Source: Nitrosopumilus sp. (GTDB taxonomy: Archaea > Thermoproteota > Nitrososphaeria > Nitrososphaerales > Nitrosopumilaceae). Taken from it: a stretch of 64,000 bases of DNA. The position numbers and the translations under genes are program-made. Below, in pieces: positions 9,143-16,811 of the stretch. The DNA is taken from NCBI GenBank assembly GCA_965205425.1, contig CBDBGZ010000005.1, positions 79,840 to 143,839 of the forward strand, in the 5' to 3' direction. A model generated the notes under the pieces. It worked only from the letters and a program-made list of their open reading frames with translations. It was not told the DNA's origin and ran no database searches. Positions within the stretch are counted from its first letter, which is position 1. Every line of letters begins with the position of its first letter.

Positions 9143-9438
9143 GCTCCCATTCTCCTCTTAATTTCTTCCAAGTCATCACCCTCTAGTTTTTCTTGAGTTG
9201 TTTCAGTTTTAGTTTCTGTTTTGGTCTCTATTTGATCCTCAACAGGTGGGGTATTTGGTTCAGATTTGGGTAATTGTTTAGATTTATTTTTAGAAATTTT
9301 GCTGAAAACATAAGCCAGAGCTCCTAGGACCACAACGATTAAGAAAAATGCACCCAAGGGTGGAGTTCCGCCAGAATCTTGCGAGGATTCAGTTCGTTTT
9401 GATTCTGTTTTATTTTCCTTATGAGAAAATGCGGACAC
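9139..9438 (-). CDS. Viral single-TM membrane protein
   Basis: GAFFLIVVVLGALAYVF; ATGA overlap. Confidence 0.75.
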   Translation of the reverse strand: MSAFSHKENKTESKRTESSQDSGGTPPLGAFFLIVVVLGALAYVFSKISKNKSKQLPKSEPNTPPVEDQIETKTETKTETTQEKLEGDDLEEIKRRMGA

Positions 9439-9459
9439 AGTAAATTAAATGAGATTTGC

Positions 9460-9474
9460 CTATATTAGCTCAAA
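9460..9474 (-). promoter_or_regulatory. Conserved viral promoter motif TTTGAGCTAATATAG
   Basis: Exact 15-bp copy of 1311-1325; 22 nt upstream of start 9438. Confidence 0.6.
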
Positions 9475-9498
9475 ATGTGACAGCGGGGTCCAACAAAA

Positions 9499-9578
9499 TG
9501 AGTTAATTGCAAAAACCCACACTGCCACAAGCAACGTTTATCAAACTATCAATTTAAGAGTAATTGAGTTAATTGCAA
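9499..9578 (+). repeat. 14-bp direct repeat TGAGTTAATTGCAA x2
   Basis: 9499-9512 and 9565-9578 in a divergent intergenic region. Confidence 0.7.
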
Positions 9579-9743
9579 TCGAAAAAAATAGCAATTCATC
9601 TGACTTGTATCAAGTGCGATACTGTATTCTCACTTGATTCAGGTCAAATAGACAAGCTGCCAAAAGAGATCGTTTGTGGATTTTGTGAACACAGAAACAA
9701 ATATGAAATTTCTGATATTAACAAGGTCCCTCAAACTTTCTAA
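9573..9743 (+). CDS. Zn-ribbon protein, 56 aa; only plus-strand gene found in the provirus (not in ORF track)
   Basis: TTG start; MQSKKIAIHLTCIKCDTVFSLDSGQIDKLPKEIVCGFCEHRNKYEISDINKVPQTF with two CxxC. Confidence 0.75.
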   Translation: MQSKKIAIHLTCIKCDTVFSLDSGQIDKLPKEIVCGFCEHRNKYEISDINKVPQTF

Positions 9744-9759
9744 TTTTTTTTAAAAAAAA
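9744..9759. terminator. Bidirectional oligo-T terminator (T8A8)
   Basis: TTTTTTTTAAAAAAAA between convergent genes. Confidence 0.55.
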
Positions 9760-9886
9760 TTAGTTGATACTCACAACTGTCCAAGTGGACTTTTGAGAGT
9801 AATCTGATCCAACATTATTCACACGATCTAAAACATCAGTTTCAGAATCAAAAAAAGAAAAGAAGAAATTGATTTTTTTTACAAAA

Positions 9887-10248
9887 TCAATATAACAAAC
9901 TGTCAATTTGAGATTTAGCTTGTTTCAAAGTAGATAAAATTGATTTTAATTCACCAACAGTAGCTTCTTTATTGATAGTTTCGTGTGCTTCTAATTTTTC
10001 AATTAAATCTTCAAGATGTCCAATAGCTCTAGTCACATTATCACCCCCTCTTAATCCATTAAGTAAAATTCCTTTTTCCAATTTCTCATACAGGTCCAAC
10101 AACAAGTCATTAAGATCAATTTTTTCAAAATCATTTTCAAATTAGATTCAGGTGCAGAAAAGCCAAAAGACTCTAAGGAATTTTTGGAAATAGGATCAGG
10201 TTTTGTAAATGTTCCAGTGTAGAATTTTTTGAATTTCTTTTTGCTCAA
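9887..10248 (-). CDS. Viral coiled-coil protein, probably one gene split by a 1-nt frameshift near 10140
   Basis: 65-aa and 72-aa ORFs join as ...APESN/FENDFEKIDLNDLLLDLYEKLE. Confidence 0.55.
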
Positions 10249-10385
10249 ACAGTCACCTTGATTTTTCTATAACGTGGTTTGGTCCTCAGTTGTTGTTTAC
10301 ATAAAGGACAGTATCGATATTTTTTAGGGTAAATTTCTTTACAACTAGAGCAGAAATTGAATTTAGAATAATCTTGCCAAGTCAA
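10245..10385 (-). CDS. Zn-ribbon protein (likely TTG start at 10385)
   Basis: CSSC...CPLC; TTGA overlap with upstream stop. Confidence 0.7.
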   Translation of the reverse strand: MTWQDYSKFNFCSSCKEIYPKKYRYCPLCKQQLRTKPRYRKIKVTV

Positions 10386-10516
10386 TTCTTCAAGGACCTC
10401 GCATATTCTTCTTCTTCTTTCCATTCTTTGATACAGGGAATTGAGCATAACTCAACGCTAAGCTTTGTTTTAGCAGTCTTTCCGCAATTTTTACAAATGA
10501 TTTTTTTGTATTTCAG
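10382..10516 (-). CDS. TRASH/MYM-like Zn-finger protein, 44 aa (CTG start; not in ORF track)
   Basis: (M)KYKKIICKNCGKTAKTKLSVELCSIPCIKEWKEEEEYARSLKN; CTGA overlap with upstream stop, SD GAGGT. Confidence 0.65.
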   Translation of the reverse strand: MKYKKIICKNCGKTAKTKLSVELCSIPCIKEWKEEEEYARSLKN

Positions 10517-10860
10517 TTTGCTTCAACCTCGATATTAGGAATTTTTGAAACGAAATCAACTTGAGTCTCCAAGTAGTCCAGGGTCTTTTCAAAACCATCG
10601 AGCTCTTTTTCAAGATCAGTAATGTAATTGAAAATATTGATCTTCTTTTTGGTTCTAATCAAACAGTCTCGACAAATTCTATCAGGTCTAGGAATGTCAT
10701 CTAGAGAAAATTTATCAACCCATTCAAATTTCGTTAAAGAAATTTTATGAACGTGACAAGCTGAAGATAATTTATCAGAATCACCACCGACAGTATGCCC
10801 TCTAGTGTGGTAGTGATAGACACCAGTAAAAACACTGGTGATCCATACACCGCTAACCAA
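10513..10860 (-). CDS. Viral Zn-binding protein with C-terminal coiled coil
   Basis: H..H, ACH, CRDC motifs. Confidence 0.7.
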   Translation of the reverse strand: MVSGVWITSVFTGVYHYHTRGHTVGGDSDKLSSACHVHKISLTKFEWVDKFSLDDIPRPDRICRDCLIRTKKKINIFNYITDLEKELDGFEKTLDYLETQVDFVSKIPNIEVEAN

Positions 10861-10884
10861 AGTAAACCACCTGCAAGATTATCA

Positions 10885-11310
10885 TTATCCACGGACCCCA
10901 CAATTACAATCAACTTTTTTACAAACTCGAGGTTCAGTTCCAGCGTGTTCGTGGTGACAAAAAGAACAAAAGGAATAACCATTTAGTCCGCCATCGTGTT
11001 TTAGATCAGAATTGTCCTCAAGAGTTGGTTCTTTCATCTCTTGTTTTTCTAAAAGAATAGCCTTAGCTTCTTCCATAATCAAACCATTAGACTTGAGCTC
11101 TTTCCAATTTTGCAGTTGAAGTTTGAGTAATTGTTGACGTTTGATTTTGTCATCAATAGAAATTTCATCAACAGATTCTTCTCTAAGTAAGAAATTTTTA
11201 ATTTTTTTAATTCGTGACGTTCTATCAATAGTGTTAAATTTTTTATCCAAAAAATTTCTTTCATCGGAATTAAAATAAAAATAATGATTCTCAGGTTTTT
11301 TATCAACCAT
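10885..11310 (-). CDS. Putative viral regulator (RHH-like N-terminus, Cys/His-rich C-terminus)
   Basis: Directly coupled to integrase; CSFCHHEH...CKKVDCNC. Confidence 0.65.
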   Translation of the reverse strand: MVDKKPENHYFYFNSDERNFLDKKFNTIDRTSRIKKIKNFLLREESVDEISIDDKIKRQQLLKLQLQNWKELKSNGLIMEEAKAILLEKQEMKEPTLEDNSDLKHDGGLNGYSFCSFCHHEHAGTEPRVCKKVDCNCGVRG

Positions 11311-12683
11311 TAAACAACGACCTCACTAGCTCGTTTTTCTAAATGTTCACTGGACCTTTTACCATACCAATTTTTTAAAGTAGCAACATCATCGTGAGAC
11401 ATCTCACTAACAAATTCATAATCATAATCAGTAAGCTCTAACCACATCTGTAAACCAAAATGACGGAAAGCATAGTTAGCTCTAAAGTAAGAACCAAAAT
11501 CTGACGGATCAAAACCAATAGACGTTAAAATTTTCTTGAAAAATTTGTTATCATTTGCAACAGAAGAGACAACAATACGATCATAAGTTTCAAAAGTAAA
11601 TTCTGTTTTGTTGTCATTCCAAAATAGATATTTTTTCTTTTGAAATAATCTCTGCTTATGATATTTCTCTAATGGAATGACAAAAGATTCATCATAAATG
11701 TATTTTTGAAAATCAGTTTGAGTTTTATTTTCAAAAACTTTGAGAGAACAAGCTCTATGAGAATAAGAACCAATTTTAATTTTAGATTCAGCTTGAGGAA
11801 ATACCAAAAGCAATTTTTCCACAAAATCAATAACATCTTTTTTGTAAACCTTAACGCCATCTATTTCAGCAAACTTGACAACTCTATCATAAAATTTCAA
11901 ATCCTTAGTCTCAATAATGTAAAGAGTAGAGGGACGACAAAAGGTCCAGCACTTGACACCAAATTTGACAAACTCTAAATCATTCTTCTTGAGCAATTTT
12001 TTAGCCTGAATAATTTGCTCAGATGAAATTCTAAGATCGGCAGTTTTTGGCTTGTCTTTGTCACCATCAATTCCTAATTTCTTACCTTTCTCTTGAGAGA
12101 TATTAATATCAAGTCCGTAAATTATGGCGTGACGGAAAGCTTGACGATTCATAAAAGTAAGACGTCTCTTGTTCTTTGAGACTTCTAAAACTGCATCTTT
12201 CATATGCTTAATCACAGTCTCCCAGTTGTCTTTTGTAATTCCATCAGGGTGAATCTTGAATTTTGGATTAACAGAACCTAGACATATTCTAGCAAATCTC
12301 ACAAGTTTAGATTTTTCATTTTTTGAAGAATTATTTGAAAGCCAATTTGTAAAAAGTAGAGTTTTCATAACTTCTGATTCAGAAAAAATCTCATCGGTGA
12401 GATCAGCTTTAGTTTTTGTAGATTCGATTAATTGATACTTGCCTTTTGAAGTCTCTAATTTCTTGATTTTGCCAGATTCAAGTAAAGGTTTGACATATTC
12501 TCTTTGGGCGTGTTCCCTAGATACATTTAGAATCTCACCGATCTGTTTTGCAGATAAAATTTCGTGAGTTTGAAATAAATTTAGAACTTTGGTTAAAATT
12601 TCAGTGTTTGATTTTTGCAGTCCATCGAGTCTATTGCGACCCTTAGAGAGTTTTGCATTAAGGACCGAGTTCAAGCCCCTCAC
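11310..12683 (-). CDS. int: Tyrosine recombinase/integrase with N-terminal wHTH
   Basis: Catalytic residues R (FCRPSTL), K (ENKTQT), YxxR (YAFRHFG), H (MSHDD), Y (NWYG); wHTH LSAKQIGEILNVSREH. Confidence 0.85.
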   Translation of the reverse strand: MRGLNSVLNAKLSKGRNRLDGLQKSNTEILTKVLNLFQTHEILSAKQIGEILNVSREHAQREYVKPLLESGKIKKLETSKGKYQLIESTKTKADLTDEIFSESEVMKTLLFTNWLSNNSSKNEKSKLVRFARICLGSVNPKFKIHPDGITKDNWETVIKHMKDAVLEVSKNKRRLTFMNRQAFRHAIIYGLDINISQEKGKKLGIDGDKDKPKTADLRISSEQIIQAKKLLKKNDLEFVKFGVKCWTFCRPSTLYIIETKDLKFYDRVVKFAEIDGVKVYKKDVIDFVEKLLLVFPQAESKIKIGSYSHRACSLKVFENKTQTDFQKYIYDESFVIPLEKYHKQRLFQKKKYLFWNDNKTEFTFETYDRIVVSSVANDNKFFKKILTSIGFDPSDFGSYFRANYAFRHFGLQMWLELTDYDYEFVSEMSHDDVATLKNWYGKRSSEHLEKRASEVVV

Positions 12684-12951
12684 CTAGATAGTGAGGAACA
12701 CAAAATAGATGAAAGCGTGTGCAGCTAACACAGAAAAATCTAGATCGTGAATCCTCACTGTTCATTTTGGTCAACATTAGTAAAATAACCCGCAATATAA
12801 AAAAACTGTGTTATAGTTGTTGACTAGATGTCAACAAAATGCAAACAACGAGATTTGGAGAAAAATTTGAGGATAGTGGGATCAATTAGAATCTAGATGA
12901 GCTAGACCATTCGACCAAAAATGAACTCTAACTGAATCCTCACTTCCTCAA
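12678..12951 (-). promoter_or_regulatory. Structured integrase leader / recombination or origin region
   Basis: Nested inverted and direct repeats (see findings). Confidence 0.55.
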
Positions 12952-12952
12952 T

Positions 12953-13027
12953 TCAATCTATCCATCGGTTTAAAATAAGAATTGCTAATAATATCAACAC
13001 AGAACATAGACAAATCTTATTATTCAA
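12953..13027 (-). pseudogene. 5' stump (signal peptide MNNKICLCSVLILLAILIL) of the host secreted-protein gene interrupted by the provirus
   Basis: TTG start with GAGGA immediately upstream; hydrophobic h-region ends at the TTTAA core; in frame with the host-like domain at 260-1. Confidence 0.65.
12969..12973. repeat. Right att core / target repeat TTTAA
   Basis: Matches 259-263. Confidence 0.65.
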
Positions 13028-13095
13028 TTCCTCGTTTTTACTTTCCTCAAATTTGATGAAAAATTGCATGAGGGATCAAGTGTGGTGAGTATGAA

Positions 13096-14290
13096 TTATT
13101 GGTAAATGGTGAGAACAAAATTACGATCGAGGAATGATTTTTCAAAAGTTATTCCCACATTATTGGTGAAAAAATTTAGCTGGTGACTAGCCCGTATTTT
13201 AGCTGGTGACTGGAACTGTGAGAAATGGTGAGTTAGCTGGTAATTTAGAATGTAGAAGAGAAAGTATGGGGTAGGAACAGTATCAGAATTTGCATGATCT
13301 GAATAAGATTCCATAAGATCATCAGATGTAATAATCTCAACACTGCCATCACCAGATTCTACAAATGCCGAGGGAACCCAAAAGAAGATCAGGGTTAGAT
13401 CGAGTGTAAATTATAGATTTTATTGGTTTTTCATTAATTAATCTAAAATCTTCCAACAACATTTTTGCTGAAGCATATGAACTCAATGTATCAATAACAA
13501 TAATTCCCGAATCGCCTTCAATGAGAATACTGTTGGTAGAATCATATCCAATGGCAACCCAAATTTTTTCATTTATTTCATGAATTTCTGGATCAAGTAT
13601 TGAAATCACAGACATTGTTGAATTATCAGAAAAGTCATCATTAATTTCCGGAATCTCTTCAGGAATTTCTCCAATTACATCTAGTACTTCTATTACTTTT
13701 TCAGTAACTTCTTCCTCAGCAATTAATTCACCTTCAAATTCAATAATTTTAACAAGACCTAATCTTTCCCACATTTTTGCAGTAAATGGGCTAGTACAGA
13801 ATGTGTCTTGATGAGCAAATCTAAACACCAGAGTATAACCATCCATACATTCAGAATTATCAATAGAAGATGATTTTTGTGGAGGTTCTGGAGGAGCACC
13901 AGGATATTCTTTATTTTCTATATGAGTATAACCAAGATTTTTTTCTTTACTTTCATCTTCTACTTCAATTTCGCTTTCAAAAATAATTTGCGCCAGTCCT
14001 AATTCACGCCACCTATCAGCAGTATCAGGAGACACACAAACGTATTCTCTGTCAGCATAACGTAACACCATAGATTGACCATAGTAAAAAATGAAACAAC
14101 AGAAAAAATGCAACCGATTCAAAAAGAACCAAGACCATCAATCAAAATAGTTCAAATTCAAAGATCGTATCCTCAAATGATATTTTCTGGAGGATTGCTA
14201 ACATCATTAATTGGAACAACATATCTTTTAGCAGGAGACGATTGCTGCAATAGTTGGGGTATGCGGATGCGCCCTATACGTTTCCACATT
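13096..14290 (-). pseudogene. Fragmented secreted protein with Cys-containing repeats and a degenerate alkyl-sulfatase/MBL-fold domain (ends approximate)
   Basis: IWVAIGYDSTNSILIEGDSGIIVIDT...PIKSIIYTRSNPD (HxHxDH degenerate); split over several frames. Confidence 0.55.
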
Positions 14291-14330
14291 TAAAGATCAA
14301 ATTATTCAAAACAAAAAGCAAAATTCAGAA

Positions 14331-15026
14331 TTGATTAAAACTGGAATTCCGGGATTTGATACAACATTATTTGAAGGTATCAAAAAAAACAGTTCAGTGT
14401 TAGTATCAGGACCTCCAGGAAGTGGAAAAACAATTTTTGGATTACAATTTATCTATTCGGGAGCAAGAGAGTATAATGAACCAGGAGTATACATCTCACT
14501 ATCGCAAAGTGTTGATGAGATAAAAAATGATTGTAAATCATTGGGATTAGACATAGAAGATTTGATATCTAAAGAGAAAATCCTACTAATTGATTTAAGA
14601 CCATTTAAAATTAAAGGTAAGATTGTAGGTAGAGATGATTCTCTGTATAGAGCAGAACAAATACCGTTTGAACATTTGACTAGATTCATCTTAAACAGTA
14701 TTAAGAAAATCAAAGCTAAACGTATTGTGGTGGATTCAATTTCAATTCTTGAAATGCAGTATTCAGATAAGTTTCACATGAGACAAGGATTACAAGGGAT
14801 GATTCAATCATTAGAAAATTCCAATGTCACATCATTACTAATTTCTGAAAACAACAGATCATCAGAATCATTTATCACATCAGGAATCATTGAATTAGAC
14901 AATCAAATTGTAAATAATAAGATGAAAAGAACGATAAAGATTACAAAACTTCGAGGAATCAAACACAGCGAACATGTTCATTCTTTAGAATTAGGTAGTA
15001 GGGGATTGCATGTGTGTGAAAATTAA
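14331..15026 (+). CDS. KaiC/GvpD-like RecA-superfamily ATPase
   Basis: IKTGIPGFD, GPPGSGKT, RIVVDSIS, ITKLRG. Confidence 0.9.
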   Translation: MIKTGIPGFDTTLFEGIKKNSSVLVSGPPGSGKTIFGLQFIYSGAREYNEPGVYISLSQSVDEIKNDCKSLGLDIEDLISKEKILLIDLRPFKIKGKIVGRDDSLYRAEQIPFEHLTRFILNSIKKIKAKRIVVDSISILEMQYSDKFHMRQGLQGMIQSLENSNVTSLLISENNRSSESFITSGIIELDNQIVNNKMKRTIKITKLRGIKHSEHVHSLELGSRGLHVCEN

Positions 15027-15210
15027 GATTCAGGTTAGGATTCTTTAGATTCTTCAAGTTTCTTTCGTACAGCTTCAGTTACTTCGTGTTTCAAATTATC
15101 TTCTTCTTCGGCAAGTAGTTTTTTGAAACGTTTTTCCCAGTAATTTTTTACCAAATAGATTCATTCTAGATTCTGATCGGTTAGAAATAAGGTCTTCGAA
15201 TATTACGAGG

Positions 15211-15795
15211 CTAGGAAATTATCTTTAAAGGATCAGCATTTGTAATTTCATTAATAGTCACATACATGTGAAATTCATCACCTTCTGTTTTGACAGAGAA
15301 ATTATCAATTGCTGAACAATATTTTTTATTATGTTCAGAATCAGTCAAATCACTTGTTGCCAGTAATCCATGAGAAATAAGATATGAAATATTCTCAGAC
15401 AGTACTCCGGGCTCTATGTTAGTTCTAGACGCAATTTCCCAAATGGTGAGAGGGTAATCAAAGGCAATATCCAAAATTTGTTTTTTCACATCATCTTCAA
15501 AAGATGTCAAAATTGCATTTTTTATTGATTCGTCTTTAATTTCTACAGTATGCTCAGATTTGGATTGTAAAGAGCATATAGAGTCAAGTGTTTTTTTAAT
15601 TAGAGGAGTTCCATCATCACCTAAAATTTGAGCAGTGATTGATTCAAATTTTTCAAAGTCTTTAATCGAAGATAACAATGTCATGTGGTATTTTTCAAAA
15701 ACAGAATCTTTTATTTTTGTAATTTCATCATTGTCTACAAAATCATAAAATTTTTTCTCAAAAGAAGTAGCTAGGAGAGTCTCCATTGAGGTCAT
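15211..15795 (-). CDS. Thaumarchaeal ArsR/wHTH transcriptional regulator
   Basis: C-terminal wHTH pattern (PLTIWEIA...ISYLISHGLL). Confidence 0.7.
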   Translation of the reverse strand: MTSMETLLATSFEKKFYDFVDNDEITKIKDSVFEKYHMTLLSSIKDFEKFESITAQILGDDGTPLIKKTLDSICSLQSKSEHTVEIKDESIKNAILTSFEDDVKKQILDIAFDYPLTIWEIASRTNIEPGVLSENISYLISHGLLATSDLTDSEHNKKYCSAIDNFSVKTEGDEFHMYVTINEITNADPLKIIS

Positions 15796-16307
15796 GGATA
15801 TATGGGCTCTCCTATTGGAAGTTGTGGTAAACGCGACAAATTTACCTGAAGTCGAATTTGACTTATTTTTGTAGATACGCTAAACTCAGCCTTTGTGATT
15901 ATCTTGTCATATAGACGTACACGTTTTGTAGATTTAGTGTATCCCACAGGCAAAATAAAACCATCTTGCAACAACTCATTGAACTTGCGATAAGCTGAAG
16001 ACTGGGATGCACCACATTGATTTAACATCTCATCTTTTGAGATGGGACTATCAATTAGTAAAAGAATATGGCGCTTTACTGGATCTGAATAAATTCCAAT
16101 AATCTTTTCAGCTAGGTTGTGTTCGTGTAGTTCAATCCAAAGTGCATAATCATGATCTTTGAGAATCGTCAATGCAGCCTTTACAGTGGACTTTGGAAGC
16201 TTGTTTTCACAAGCAAGCATAGCTCGTTGTCCTGGCTCGAGATGATTATTTGCATTTCTTATTGTATCCATGCACAATAGTTGGGAGAACTGGTTTGGCA
16301 TTACCAT
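15792..16307 (-). CDS. wHTH transcriptional regulator
   Basis: SQSSAYRKFNELLQDGFI. Confidence 0.7.
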   Translation of the reverse strand: MVMPNQFSQLLCMDTIRNANNHLEPGQRAMLACENKLPKSTVKAALTILKDHDYALWIELHEHNLAEKIIGIYSDPVKRHILLLIDSPISKDEMLNQCGASQSSAYRKFNELLQDGFILPVGYTKSTKRVRLYDKIITKAEFSVSTKISQIRLQVNLSRLPQLPIGEPIYP

Positions 16308-16412
16308 ACAATAGGTGAAAATCGTACTTAAGAAATTCTACATTTTCCTATTTTTGAGAAAAAATTTTTCTTTTAAATATGTGAAGTAAATCTAGGCATA
16401 AAAAGAGGGGAA

Positions 16413-16712
16413 TTATCCCCGTCCAATTGCAGCGTATTTTCCTTTTTTGCCTCGAACGAAAAGCATTGCAGCAATTCCTCCAAAGATTCCACCTGAGAGT
16501 ATGGATGCACCAAGCACTCCATCTGCAGCAAAGTATGGAGTGCCAGAACCTTTAGCACCATCTTGGGTGGCAATTTCTACTTTGATTTTCGAGGTTTCCA
16601 TTTCATCGTATAATCCATTATCTAGAACGTCATACTGTGCAAATGCTGGTTGTGAAAATGTAACCATCAATGCCATTACAAACAGTCCTGAAAGGATTGT
16701 ATATTTTTGCAT
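16413..16712 (-). CDS. Small secreted membrane-anchored protein
   Basis: Signal peptide (PAFA), C-terminal TM plus basic tail. Confidence 0.8.
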   Translation of the reverse strand: MQKYTILSGLFVMALMVTFSQPAFAQYDVLDNGLYDEMETSKIKVEIATQDGAKGSGTPYFAADGVLGASILSGGIFGGIAAMLFVRGKKGKYAAIGRG

Positions 16713-16811
16713 GAGAGTATAATTGTAAAAATAATATAAAAAAGAAGAATTGTTTTCTCAAAGAAAATAATTCCTTGTTCTTGTTTTATAGAATAAAATA
16801 TAATTTAGGGT

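Larger units (their letters stand above)
259..12973 (-). mobile_element. Integrated provirus of a tailless icosahedral (double-jelly-roll, STIV/Turriviridae-like) archaeal virus, ~12.7 kb
   Basis: Nearly all genes on minus strand and tightly packed; DJR-MCP, FtsK/HerA packaging ATPase, spike proteins, tyrosine integrase; TTTAA direct repeats at 259-263 and 12969-12973 splitting a host gene in frame. Confidence 0.88.

Noticed and set aside
9449-9637. 62-aa plus-strand ORF from the track
   Set aside because: Crosses promoter motifs and overlaps the better-supported Zn-ribbon gene at 9573-9743 in another frame
12662-12690. tRNA T-arm-like GTTCAAGCCC as an att site
   Set aside because: No complementary T-stem or acceptor stem, and no second copy at the other end
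14331-15026. Circadian kaiC system
   Set aside because: Single-domain KaiC-like ATPases are common in archaea; no kaiA/kaiB seen
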